A stretch of 50,348 bases of DNA from the IMG/VR virus record IMGVR_UViG_3300038548_000429, positions 1-50,348 of that record, one strand, 5' to 3'. The notes under the pieces are model-generated. The model did no database searches. It was given only the letters and a program-made list of their open reading frames with translations, and was not told the origin of the DNA. A program made the position numbers and the translations under genes. Of this stretch, positions 26,044-34,988 are shown piece after piece; the stretch's first letter is position 1, and each line of letters starts with the position of its first letter. This stretch comes from a virus (taxonomy: Duplodnaviria > Caudoviricetes).

Positions 26044-26726
26044 TCTCCAACCTCCAACATCACACGCTCATTAACGATGTCTAACACAATCTCATATAAG
26101 GCAATATCCTTCTCATTCTGCGCCTGTATCGTCGCCAATGTGTCCGGCTTCAATGTATATAGTGGGATGCCATGACTCACGTTAGCCACCTCTACAATGG
26201 TGGGTGATGGCTTGTCTAATCTATTGCACATATCATCCATCGCGTCCTGTAACCCATTGGTGCGATTCTGTATCCCTAGTACATCCACCTGCGCGAGTCG
26301 GTATATCTCTCCATTGTCTATATGCACCCGGTCACATAGAAAGCGAGTCTGCAAATCCGTATGGGCAAGTGTGCGGTCTGACTTCAGCCATTCCTCTAAT
26401 GTGGTGGATTGAAGCCATGCTTGGAAATCAGGGTCACGCCAATACCCACGTTCATGCACGTATGCCCAATGTGACAGCACACGCGCCACAGGGTCACGCA
26501 TTAGCATCACTGTGAGAATGTCAATGCCAGCATTCCTGAATTGCACAATAAAGGACATCGGATAATGCCCACTGATATAATCATATTGTGTCCAATAATC
26601 AAACGGTTTCTCTTGCGCCTCTGCCCATGATAAACGCGGTGCTGGGTTGTCGAATAATGTACGGGCGCGATTGTCGAATGCCCCGCCACCTGTTTTGGGG
26701 ATGTGCAGGAATATGGTGATGGTCAT
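26040..26726 (-). CDS. PAPS-dependent sulfotransferase family protein
   Basis: 5'-PSB loop FLHIPKTGG, SGHY, 3'-PB motif MRDPVARVLS and C-terminal NEKDIALY. Confidence 0.85.
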   Translation of the reverse strand: MTITIFLHIPKTGGGAFDNRARTLFDNPAPRLSWAEAQEKPFDYWTQYDYISGHYPMSFIVQFRNAGIDILTVMLMRDPVARVLSHWAYVHERGYWRDPDFQAWLQSTTLEEWLKSDRTLAHTDLQTRFLCDRVHIDNGEIYRLAQVDVLGIQNRTNGLQDAMDDMCNRLDKPSPTIVEVANVSHGIPLYTLKPDTLATIQAQNEKDIALYEIVLDIVNERVMLEVGE

Positions 26727-27154
26727 GATGCCTCTTTTTTAGCTTCTAACTTTAAATATTCTATCCTCATCAATCGCACAAATCCATAATCTAAACGTAA
26801 ATGATCCTCGCGGCGTTGGCTGTCTAAATCAAATGTGATGTCAACATATACACCGCTAGGAAATTCAATATCTCTAGCTCCGACTCTTCTGTCCATCCCA
26901 TATATATATGCAAATTCATGCTCGTGCCAATGTGGTAGATAGGTGATGTCATAATCATTCAACCAAAAAAAGAATCGCTCAGTCAATGCCACCTTAGTAT
27001 CATGAATTAATCCATGATCGCCTAATTCAATGTCTAATTGGATAATCCGACCTTGCCTAACTAATTCTCTACATACTTCAATTTCCTCATTTATAGCACT
27101 GCTCTGTTCCTCTAAATCCGCTAGTTTTTCAATTGCTGCATCAGTGATGGTCAT
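26723..27154 (-). CDS. hypothetical protein
   Basis: ORF with AGGA RBS. Confidence 0.55.
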   Translation of the reverse strand: MTITDAAIEKLADLEEQSSAINEEIEVCRELVRQGRIIQLDIELGDHGLIHDTKVALTERFFFWLNDYDITYLPHWHEHEFAYIYGMDRRVGARDIEFPSGVYVDITFDLDSQRREDHLRLDYGFVRLMRIEYLKLEAKKEAS

Positions 27155-27164
27155 ATGTTGTCCT

Positions 27165-27470
27165 TTACGGCAAGCTAATAAATACTAACACAGGCGCCCC
27201 AGCTTCCGTGCGTCCCACCCATCCGGCGCTTTCAAGTTGCGTCACAATCGCATCCACATTCGCTGCCCATAACGCGCGTGATGCAATGATGTTGCCTTGA
27301 TGCACAGGCGCTTCCAATGCCAGTTCGTTACCATATCCCAAATATTCGTACCGGGCGTGTATTAATTTGTTGATCTCACTCATTGCAAATGCCGCATATT
27401 CACTCACCGTAAGGGGATTCTCAGCATCGAATTGTGCTTGGATAGATGTTGCTGTGATGAATGATGCCAT
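27165..27470 (-). CDS. hypothetical (possibly virion) protein
   Basis: Coupled ORF, Ala-rich. Confidence 0.5.
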   Translation of the reverse strand: MASFITATSIQAQFDAENPLTVSEYAAFAMSEINKLIHARYEYLGYGNELALEAPVHQGNIIASRALWAANVDAIVTQLESAGWVGRTEAGAPVLVFISLP

Positions 27471-28255
27471 TATACCGCTCCCTCCACTACCTTCTGAAAT
27501 GAATATTCCTCATGTAATAAATGCTGCAATCGTGCGCTGTAATCGTCTAGCATAGGTTGATCCGATAAAAAATGTTTAAATTTACCTACTGAAGTTTTCA
27601 TATCACTCCACATTATGGGAAATCGATATATACCCATATTATTCACATTCTCGCATAATAGGGGCAAACCATGCGCGGCTGCTATAGCCATACGGATACC
27701 GGATATAGCATAATATGGGTCGCGTTGATGCACATGCACCATGAGGCGCGATTCCCACAACGCCCGCACCCTAGCTTCACCTAGTTCATTCTCTGGCATA
27801 GTGGTGAAAGTACGCTTGATAGCATCGAATATCGGTTGCCGTCGCTCACTAGAATAGGCAAGTAAGGCGATGTCGTATTTTGGTTCTATATTTTTATCCC
27901 TTATATATCCCAAATCAGGATGCCCTCCAATTGGGATATATTCATGACTCATGACGTCGGCTTGCCACGCATCCATGTGCCAGAATCGCTTTATGTTGGG
28001 GCTGTAATCCACGTATCGTTCTGGCGTGATGTATTCAGTTTGCCACAATATCAATTGCGCCTTAGCGGGCTGCTCATTACCATTGATCCCTAGCGCGGCA
28101 AAGTGCGTAAGGATGTAAGTATGATCTGGATTCTGCTGGTCAAGTTCATCCTGATAGCACGTTGCATATCCACTCACCTCTATCAGCTTCCACCAATCCA
28201 CATAAGATGCGTAAGTGTGGCGTGTGCGTACAAAGAATGTGGTCATTTCCACCAA
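27470..28255 (-). CDS. GT-B-like glycosyltransferase
   Basis: KYDIALLAY.SERR, SRLMVHVHQ and RMAIAAAHGLPLLCE. Confidence 0.6.
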   Translation of the reverse strand: MVEMTTFFVRTRHTYASYVDWWKLIEVSGYATCYQDELDQQNPDHTYILTHFAALGINGNEQPAKAQLILWQTEYITPERYVDYSPNIKRFWHMDAWQADVMSHEYIPIGGHPDLGYIRDKNIEPKYDIALLAYSSERRQPIFDAIKRTFTTMPENELGEARVRALWESRLMVHVHQRDPYYAISGIRMAIAAAHGLPLLCENVNNMGIYRFPIMWSDMKTSVGKFKHFLSDQPMLDDYSARLQHLLHEEYSFQKVVEGAV

Positions 28256-28578
28256 CTATTATAATTATCCGGCGTGATTGCTATCACATCTATATTCACT
28301 CCTACCTTCATCGCAGCGAACACCGCCGTCTTGTAAGCCAAATCCCAACCCGCTTCATTCAACCCGGCATAGCAAATTATATTCTGCCTACGGCGCGTCA
28401 AAGTCACGGTATTAGGTTCAGAAGCGGGCCGCGTCTCAAAGTCCTTAATAGCAGCATCAATCGCTTCCTTGAATCGGACTCTAGTCCGCTTAGGCAGATT
28501 GTCCCACCATAGCGGCTTCTCTTGAGTGCGCGTTATCTGTGCGTTATTGTGTTGGTAGGCTGTCATGAGTCCCTCCAT
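28243..28578 (-). CDS. hypothetical protein
   Basis: ORF in the operon; the real start is probably at 28566. Confidence 0.5.
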   Translation of the reverse strand: MEGLMTAYQHNNAQITRTQEKPLWWDNLPKRTRVRFKEAIDAAIKDFETRPASEPNTVTLTRRRQNIICYAGLNEAGWDLAYKTAVFAAMKVGVNIDVIAITPDNYNSWWK

Positions 28579-28934
28579 ACCTGAATCATAGCAGCCACAC
28601 CCGCGATGGCAAACACCATGATAATGTCGCGTAACTCAACGGCACGTCCATTAATCCACAAGCCCCAAAATATGATGGCTATCCAAAATGACGTGCAATA
28701 TACGCATGACAATAACGCGCCTACTGCGCGAATGAGACGTGTTTCGCCTGTTTGCTTAATGACAGTGCGGACAGCAACAACATTGCCTAATTGCACTATA
28801 TCCTCATTGGCTTCACGCGCCCCGAACAAATGCCGCAGCCACTTGAATACATCCTCATTGGTGATAGCATACGATAATCGCCATACAGCCATCCCAACTA
28901 TAATCACGGTGAAAAGAATGTCAATCATGTCCAA
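28563..28934 (-). CDS. DUF1360-like membrane protein
   Basis: AVWRLSYAIT.ED and LLSCVYCTSFW, with TM helices. Confidence 0.65.
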   Translation of the reverse strand: MDMIDILFTVIIVGMAVWRLSYAITNEDVFKWLRHLFGAREANEDIVQLGNVVAVRTVIKQTGETRLIRAVGALLSCVYCTSFWIAIIFWGLWINGRAVELRDIIMVFAIAGVAAMIQVWRDS

Positions 28935-29022
28935 TCACCTTTATAGCGTGTCAGAAATATCCATGTGAGATTGGTCAATATAGAACCTAGAATAAAGCCT
29001 AATAGAATATATGTAGTTGGAG

Positions 29023-29934
29023 TCATGCGTTACCACCAAATTTATTCAGCAAATCCACAACTTCTTGTGTATCCGGTGCAATTTTGCGTGGGTCGGGGAT
29101 AACCGTGACACGGTGCTTGCGGTGTGTAAGGTGGGGCTGCACATCCCGCGCATCCATGAAGAGCAAGCGGCTAGAATCGGTTTTAGGATAGAGACGTTTG
29201 CTCACGCTCCCGCTGAACCGCGCTTGCTTCGCCACCATCACTAGCACATCAGTGTCAAATTGCTGGCCTGCAACACCCGCTGCTATTGAACTTCCTTCTT
29301 TACATTTGCACATTGTAACTCCCCACGCATTAGCGTGTTTTTGTGTAAGTAGTCGGTAAAAATCTTCCATCCATGAAGTAATTTGCATTGGCGACTTATC
29401 CGGACTGACCGGGCTATCGCCTTGTGTTCGGTTGTACGTCAATAACGTCTCATCTAACTTTACGCCGCACACGCCAATCTGATGCAACCGCATATAGAGT
29501 TCAATATCTTCCATGCCCGGCAACGATTCATCAAAGCCACCTATCCACATCAGTGCCTTGCGCGGTACTAAGCACGTTACGGTATGCGCCATGCCATCTT
29601 TGAATATATCAAACTCACTAGCAGGCACATGCTCCATGCCATCATCCGTAAGCCAATTCGTATAGACGTACTTGCCTTGCTCATAGCGCCCCAGCGTCTT
29701 CTCTACGAAGTCCGGTGTGATAGTGTCATCAGCATCCAAGAACACCACAAAGGGCGCTGTAGCGGATTTAATCCCTTGATTCCTTGCCCACGCTGGCCCG
29801 TGTCCCTGCTCATCTATAATGGGTATAGTATTGCACCTTACAGTCTGCGCTTCCGCAGCATCTATAGCAGTAGTGATATGTGCATGGTAGGGCGCAATGG
29901 GGATGATGATGTCGCAAATAGGTGTAGAGTTCAT
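29023..29934 (-). CDS. glycosyltransferase family 2
   Basis: IIIP, GPAWARNQG, VFLDADD and GGFDESLPGMED. Confidence 0.85.
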   Translation of the reverse strand: MNSTPICDIIIPIAPYHAHITTAIDAAEAQTVRCNTIPIIDEQGHGPAWARNQGIKSATAPFVVFLDADDTITPDFVEKTLGRYEQGKYVYTNWLTDDGMEHVPASEFDIFKDGMAHTVTCLVPRKALMWIGGFDESLPGMEDIELYMRLHQIGVCGVKLDETLLTYNRTQGDSPVSPDKSPMQITSWMEDFYRLLTQKHANAWGVTMCKCKEGSSIAAGVAGQQFDTDVLVMVAKQARFSGSVSKRLYPKTDSSRLLFMDARDVQPHLTHRKHRVTVIPDPRKIAPDTQEVVDLLNKFGGNA

Positions 29935-30037
29935 AGCCCTATCGTATCACAAGCGGAAGTCAGGCACAATAACGTATATTACAAAGTGTATACGGGTATA
30001 CAAGTGTAAAGAACTTATATAGATGTGATGATGGGCC

Positions 30038-30066
30038 TTCACTGAGAAGGGATAAGGTGGTACACT
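30038..30066 (+). promoter_or_regulatory. sigma70-type promoter of the plus-strand small-gene operon
   Basis: TTCACT-17bp-TACACT with an extended TG. Confidence 0.55.
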
Positions 30067-30095
30067 ATGTTTATTGATAGATTGAGTGAGGAGCA

Positions 30096-30305
30096 ATGAG
30101 CATGACAGACAAAGAACGAATCGAAGAACTAGAGAACTTACTATATGACATGCAAGATGTAAGCCACGACTTGCTACCTAACCCGCACCCCTTCATTGTC
30201 TACATCAATCGTGCGCGGAGCATGTTAGGTGTGAGACAATATGAGATACAAGCAGAGCGCAAATTACAGAATGAGGAAACGGATGCCAACCAAGAAACCA
30301 CGTAG
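30096..30305 (+). CDS. hypothetical protein
   Basis: GAGGAG RBS. Confidence 0.55.
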   Translation: MSMTDKERIEELENLLYDMQDVSHDLLPNPHPFIVYINRARSMLGVRQYEIQAERKLQNEETDANQETT

Positions 30306-30477
30306 CTACATCTACTTATCGAATCTGAACAAAGCCCGCGCATTGAAGCATGGGCAGTCGCTCGGCTACACGTCGCTCAGTGCCTATATGAACGCGCTAT
30401 TGCTGCGTGAAGTACCTCACTATGAGCGCGAATTGGGACGTGGGGAATACACGAGAAAAGCAAAGGAGACTAAGTGA
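30283..30477 (+). CDS. ribbon-helix-helix-like regulator
   Basis: MPTKKPRSYIYLS...GYTSLSAYMNALL fits a beta-alpha-alpha pattern. GAGG RBS. Confidence 0.5.
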   Translation: MPTKKPRSYIYLSNLNKARALKHGQSLGYTSLSAYMNALLLREVPHYERELGRGEYTRKAKETK

Positions 30478-30680
30478 TGAGCAAGCAAGATTACGTTGTC
30501 TGTCCTCAGTGTCGCGGTGATGGGTTGCTGGCGTTAGAGTGTTGGCTGTGCGAAGGTGATAGAGTGATTGGCCGGCAGATTTTGATCGACATCAAGGCTG
30601 GGATGGAAGACGCAAAGAACGGTAATACGCACGATATTTCGACGCTGTGGGATGGTATTGATGATGAGGAGACTGAGTGA
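30474..30680 (+). CDS. small DnaJ-type Zn-finger protein
   Basis: CPQCRGDG and CWLCEG. Confidence 0.55.
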   Translation: MMSKQDYVVCPQCRGDGLLALECWLCEGDRVIGRQILIDIKAGMEDAKNGNTHDISTLWDGIDDEETE

Positions 30681-30865
30681 TGAGCGAGAATGAACCTAAT
30701 CGTTGCGGTTGGTGCGGGAAATACCTTGAGGGTAATAATACGATGTGCGCTCATCAGGGGCCACCATGTAACCCTCACATGCAAGATATTCATGAGAAAG
30801 AAATGGAAGAACAAGCCCGACAACAAGAAGAAATAGATTTCTATCGGAGACATCCCAACGGATGA
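30677..30865 (+). CDS. small Cys-rich hypothetical protein
   Basis: Starts inside the junction repeat; CGWCG. Confidence 0.5.
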   Translation: MMSENEPNRCGWCGKYLEGNNTMCAHQGPPCNPHMQDIHEKEMEEQARQQEEIDFYRRHPNG

Positions 30866-30922
30866 TTGCTTCTTCAGACATTTAGACGCAATAATATATT
30901 GATAAATTAGGAGGATGGAATT

Positions 30923-31180
30923 GTGAGCGAGAAGCTAGGTACATTACATTGGGGCAAGGCGGTTGTTCGCATAAGTCGAAGCAATACGTCTGGATGGAAC
31001 GAGTCTGAATATCGCAAGGGGAGACATTCCGCATATACCGATTGTCGATATTCGCGAATGTTTGGGCAATCATGCAGGAAACTTACCGTGAGTTATTGTA
31101 CAGGGTATGTGTTAGCTTGGAATATGTACTCAACACGCGCACGATTTACGAACACGTTGAAACGATTTGACTTGCTTTAA
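30923..31180 (+). CDS. hypothetical protein
   Basis: AGGAGG RBS and GTG start, MSEK N-terminus like its neighbours. Confidence 0.5.
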   Translation: MSEKLGTLHWGKAVVRISRSNTSGWNESEYRKGRHSAYTDCRYSRMFGQSCRKLTVSYCTGYVLAWNMYSTRARFTNTLKRFDLL

Positions 31181-31197
31181 AAAGGAGACTGAGTGAT

Positions 31198-31365
31198 ATG
31201 AGCGAGAAACGGATATACGAACCATCCCCTGAAGAATTAGCTCAAGCAATAATGCAAATAATTCAAAATTGGGATGAATGGAGACGTAATCAAATCAGCG
31301 GCAAGCTATTTGATAACCTAGATTATGTCATAGAAAACGCCAGAAAGCTAACAGAAGGAGACTGA
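31198..31365 (+). CDS. hypothetical 55-aa protein
   Basis: Manual translation MSEKRIYEPS...LTEGD, with AGGAG RBS. Confidence 0.55.
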   Translation: MSEKRIYEPSPEELAQAIMQIIQNWDEWRRNQISGKLFDNLDYVIENARKLTEGD

Positions 31366-31368
31366 GTG

Positions 31369-31530
31369 ATGAGCGAGAATGAAATTATAGAATCAATTGA
31401 CAAATTGAACGCGGACTATGACGAGGCCCACAATCGCAAAACGAATGCAGAGGAGGATATGATAGTCATCAACAGCAACATCCAAGAATTGCAAGATAAA
31501 CTATTTATGATTCGCACCCGCCGCGAGTGA
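31369..31530 (+). CDS. hypothetical 53-aa coiled-coil protein
   Basis: Manual translation MSENEIIESI...RTRRE, with AGGAG RBS. Confidence 0.55.
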   Translation: MSENEIIESIDKLNADYDEAHNRKTNAEEDMIVINSNIQELQDKLFMIRTRRE

Positions 31531-31563
31531 AGTCACCATCCGCGCATAGCTTGACATGAATGG

Positions 31564-31601
31564 AAAAAGGGAGTCGGGCTAGAGGCCTAACTCCCTTCTT
31601 T
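31564..31601. terminator. bidirectional intrinsic terminator
   Basis: AAAAAGGGAGT...ACTCCCTTCTTT between the convergent capsid gene and small-gene operon. Confidence 0.7.
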
Positions 31602-31653
31602 ATTATACTACATGGTTGTACCGAACTGTACCCTTATCCTAATTATGATGATA

Positions 31654-33087
31654 CTAACGTAAGCTAGTGCTATCCCAATACTGCCCGCCATCGCGATAAT
31701 ATTGTGACGTTGGGTCTGCTGAACGGTTCCAAGCAAAATCTGGCAAGTTATAGTTGACTGACGTGATACGTGCGCCTAGCCAAGGGGTTCGGCATATCAG
31801 TCGGGGTTGCATGTGGAACTTCCACTCCATACAGGTATGTGAGCGCAAGCTAGAGAGCATATATAGACCTCCATTCGTCACATCAATCCCACTTTCATTG
31901 CCGCCCATTGTACGCCATGCTGCTGCGTCTGCGCTACCAAGATCGAAAGGTTCAATGAAAGTAACTTTGCGTCCCATAGCTGTCATGGGAACAACATAGA
32001 TTGTGCTAGAATATCCCGCCCCAACCGCTGTACGTCCCATCAGGCCACCATCAACCGTGACGACTGGCCACGGCAATCCATTGATCCTCAGGAAATTTCC
32101 GGTTCGCATTTCATCGCGCATTTGAATCTGTCGTGCGCTATCAATGTTTAGGGGCTGGGATGTAGATTGCACAGCACAGCCATCAGTCAAGTAAGAGCAT
32201 GGCCATATCTCAGTGAGGCGATAGAACAAATCGGCATCCATCAAGATTTTCCATGTCGCACCTAATGCGGTGTTATTGGCTAAATCCATTAGCTTCTTTG
32301 TAATGCCCGCTAGAGTTTGCACGATGTCCGCGTCCCCTACTGTAGCCGTCACGTCATTATCTGACCAATCAACAATGGTAGATGATGCCGCTGCAATAAC
32401 ATTTCCTAGTACATCGGTTGGGTTATTGATTAGAATTTGGTCAAATCCATCAAACTCATCAGTAAAGATTCGGTCTGATGTCCCGTTGTTCCCGTTGAAT
32501 AATCCCCATAACATATCGCGCTCAATGGCGATTGCCGTGCGGAATAAGGTGAGGCCCGTTGTAGTATTGATATTCCACTGCGTCACCACATCGGGCAAGA
32601 ATGGGCTATTAAATACGAAGCTATTCACTAGCTGCCGATCTACATCAGCGCGGTTAATACGCCCGCCCATTTGCGTCAAGTCAACTTTCTCAGTCATCAC
32701 ATTAACTTCGCCAAAGCGGCTTGTAAAAATGGCTAACTTGGCCGTACCTGCTATTGGTGCGACACTGCAAGCATCCACCGCTGGGCTACCAGTGAGTGGA
32801 TTCACACCCGTCAATACATCGTATTCTGGGTTACGAAACGGGTTCGCACTGACCATCAGGGAATTCATAAATCCCGTGTCAGGTCTAACCACTGTGTGGA
32901 ATACATCCGATTCCGCGCCCGGCCCGCTAAACAAACCGCCCGTGTTTTGATCTTGGAATAGACCATGCGGTACTTGTACATTGGGCGATACTGCGATTGT
33001 GTCATGCTTTTCGATAAGTCCAGCAGATTGAGCCTTTACGACTTCCTCCACCGTCTCGAATGTATATCCTTGAATTAGTATGGTCAT
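31654..33087 (-). CDS. major capsid protein
   Basis: 477 aa directly after the protease/scaffold, with EFDGFD, STIYVVP and C-terminal PRLICRTPWLGARITSV. Confidence 0.75.
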   Translation of the reverse strand: MTILIQGYTFETVEEVVKAQSAGLIEKHDTIAVSPNVQVPHGLFQDQNTGGLFSGPGAESDVFHTVVRPDTGFMNSLMVSANPFRNPEYDVLTGVNPLTGSPAVDACSVAPIAGTAKLAIFTSRFGEVNVMTEKVDLTQMGGRINRADVDRQLVNSFVFNSPFLPDVVTQWNINTTTGLTLFRTAIAIERDMLWGLFNGNNGTSDRIFTDEFDGFDQILINNPTDVLGNVIAAASSTIVDWSDNDVTATVGDADIVQTLAGITKKLMDLANNTALGATWKILMDADLFYRLTEIWPCSYLTDGCAVQSTSQPLNIDSARQIQMRDEMRTGNFLRINGLPWPVVTVDGGLMGRTAVGAGYSSTIYVVPMTAMGRKVTFIEPFDLGSADAAAWRTMGGNESGIDVTNGGLYMLSSLRSHTCMEWKFHMQPRLICRTPWLGARITSVNYNLPDFAWNRSADPTSQYYRDGGQYWDSTSLR

Positions 33088-34415
33088 TATTGACCTCCTG
33101 TACTAGGGACGGAATTTAGTTCGTCCCACATCGGATGCGTCTTCTCTTTCACGCCCGCATCATCCTTAATTTGCTTGCCTTTTTCGGGTGTGATGTTACT
33201 GAGACGTTGATCTCGCGCTTGTTTCGGTGTGTCGGAAATGAAGCCCTCTACTGTTTCGAGGCGCTTCAATACGTCTGCACTATCATCAGTAAAGGCTTTG
33301 CTCACTTCTTTCTGAGCTTCGATACGTTCATCCAAGTCAGCTTGTGCCTCGACTAGTTCTACATAGTGGTCTAGCATTTTTTCAACCGCGCTTAAAAAGA
33401 TAGGGGGTGCGGGTGAAACTTCCTTATCATCAGCAGTATCGCCTTCATTTTTTGCTTCTAATCCTTGCTGCGCTACCAGTACCGCAAATTCATCCGGCTT
33501 TGTTTTTATCATTTCAGCAGCATTGGGGATTTCGGAGAATATTACATCTAGTAATTCATCTCTTGATTTTACCATTGGTATTACCTCGCTAGTTGTTAGT
33601 TGATTTGCTGCGGCTTCCCATAATAGGACGCTCGTTTCTTTCTTCTTGATTTTTTCATGGACGGTTTTACCGTCCTGAATAGTAGACTTGAGTGAGGGAA
33701 AAGCATGTGATGTCCCCCAGCGATACGTTCCGTCATTTGCGGAAGCCTCCCAAAAGTTCCATATTATGTGAGCAATAGGTGTATCACGCTCCTTACTCAC
33801 CTCTACGAGAAACCCGCTATACATATCAGCGTGGACAATATTTCCAATATGTAATCGTTTGTTGTGCCAAAATAACAACGGGTTATCTCCGATATATTCA
33901 ATGTCTTCACCTACCTGCTTATAGCAACTATCAACATATTCCTGCAATGCCTTAGTTGCTACATGCTCTTTGTCCCTGTCTTCATAGCCATTGCTAGTGA
34001 CATGAATCGCTAATCGCATCCCATCAGGGGCACGTCCAAATAGCGTGTGCGCCTTATCGCGGCGCATGAGCTTGTCTGTAAGGCCGCTTCTCAGTGGCTT
34101 AGGTGTGATGTATAAAGAGCGTGAAGCGGGTTCGCTTCGCTGCTCCCGTTCAACTTCTACCAATAATGGCTCTTCTGCAAAAGGTAATTTTTCCTCGTAC
34201 TTAAGGCAATAGCCATCAGGCCCAATCTTCTCGGGCCACGGTTCTACAATCGTGCAACGTGTGACCCTCACTCGCCCATCTTCATCTATATCAGTTGGCT
34301 TAAAGAATTTGCAAAATGCACATTGTTCATCACCGGGAAAATCCGACTTTATTACGTAATTCACTGCCGGATCACTTTGCTGAAATACTGCATCACTACT
34401 TTTAATTGTTGCCAT
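33087..34415 (-). CDS. prohead protease / scaffold fusion with an N-terminal HiPIP-like Cys motif
   Basis: DRDKE, LLFWH, WGTSHAF, ETSVL and AAN fit an HK97-type protease, followed by an acidic coiled-coil C-terminus. Confidence 0.7.
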   Translation of the reverse strand: MATIKSSDAVFQQSDPAVNYVIKSDFPGDEQCAFCKFFKPTDIDEDGRVRVTRCTIVEPWPEKIGPDGYCLKYEEKLPFAEEPLLVEVEREQRSEPASRSLYITPKPLRSGLTDKLMRRDKAHTLFGRAPDGMRLAIHVTSNGYEDRDKEHVATKALQEYVDSCYKQVGEDIEYIGDNPLLFWHNKRLHIGNIVHADMYSGFLVEVSKERDTPIAHIIWNFWEASANDGTYRWGTSHAFPSLKSTIQDGKTVHEKIKKKETSVLLWEAAANQLTTSEVIPMVKSRDELLDVIFSEIPNAAEMIKTKPDEFAVLVAQQGLEAKNEGDTADDKEVSPAPPIFLSAVEKMLDHYVELVEAQADLDERIEAQKEVSKAFTDDSADVLKRLETVEGFISDTPKQARDQRLSNITPEKGKQIKDDAGVKEKTHPMWDELNSVPSTGGQ

Positions 34416-34581
34416 TATTCAATGCCTCGTACTCTTTAATAGCGTTTCTGGCCCATTCTAATTCATCCTCAGTAAGTGGATGGGTCTTGTTATAAATCAT
34501 TACTTTTTCCATTTCAAAACGCATCTTACGACGTTCAACATGCGCTCTAAAATCTTTGCGCCAAACATCTCTAGGTGTCAT
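34402..34581 (-). CDS. hypothetical protein
   Basis: ATG at 34581 after a GAGGTG RBS. Confidence 0.5.
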   Translation of the reverse strand: MTPRDVWRKDFRAHVERRKMRFEMEKVMIYNKTHPLTEDELEWARNAIKEYEALNNGNN

Positions 34582-34582
34582 A

Positions 34583-34729
34583 TCATTCACCTCTAGGTAT
34601 GCCTCGTATCGTGTCACCCGGCTTTACCTTATAATCACGGTGTAACTTATCTGTCAACTTCTTATATAGCTTCCATTCGCTCTTGCGCTTTGCTTCTTTA
34701 ATCTTTTCTAGCAGTTTTTTCTTTTTCAT
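34583..34729 (-). CDS. hypothetical 48-aa basic protein
   Basis: Manual translation MKKKKLLEKI...IRGIPRGE, with AAGGG RBS. Confidence 0.45.
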   Translation of the reverse strand: MKKKKLLEKIKEAKRKSEWKLYKKLTDKLHRDYKVKPGDTIRGIPRGE

Positions 34730-34988
34730 ATGATTTCCCTTTGACCGTAATCTGTTCAATACTTACAATCATCTTTCTTGGTATTTTCATTAATTCACCG
34801 AATCGGGTTTTGTCTTTAGTCATAGCCAATACCACAAAATCATCAGTGTCATATAGTAGCCATCCAAGTGTCTTGAATATGGATAAGGGTTGCTCGATGT
34901 AGTCTTTGACTTCTAACTCATCATGCCAACCCGGTGCTGCTTCCGAGTCCATCCATCTGATTTGTGTCGCTTTCGGTTTTTTAATCAT
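34698..34988 (-). CDS. conserved small phage protein
   Basis: IRWMDS...GW...TLGWLL...KIPRKMI is a widespread phage small-protein pattern. Confidence 0.6.
   Translation of the reverse strand: MIKKPKATQIRWMDSEAAPGWHDELEVKDYIEQPLSIFKTLGWLLYDTDDFVVLAMTKDKTRFGELMKIPRKMIVSIEQITVKGKSYEKEKTARKD

Noticed and set aside
30464-31383. CRISPR array or integron attC sites
   Set aside because: Repeat spacing is 170-520 bp, the intervening DNA is coding, the repeats are not palindromic, and there is no integrase.
34600-34635. LysM domain suggested by YKVKPGDTI
   Set aside because: The ORF ends seven residues later, too short for a LysM fold.
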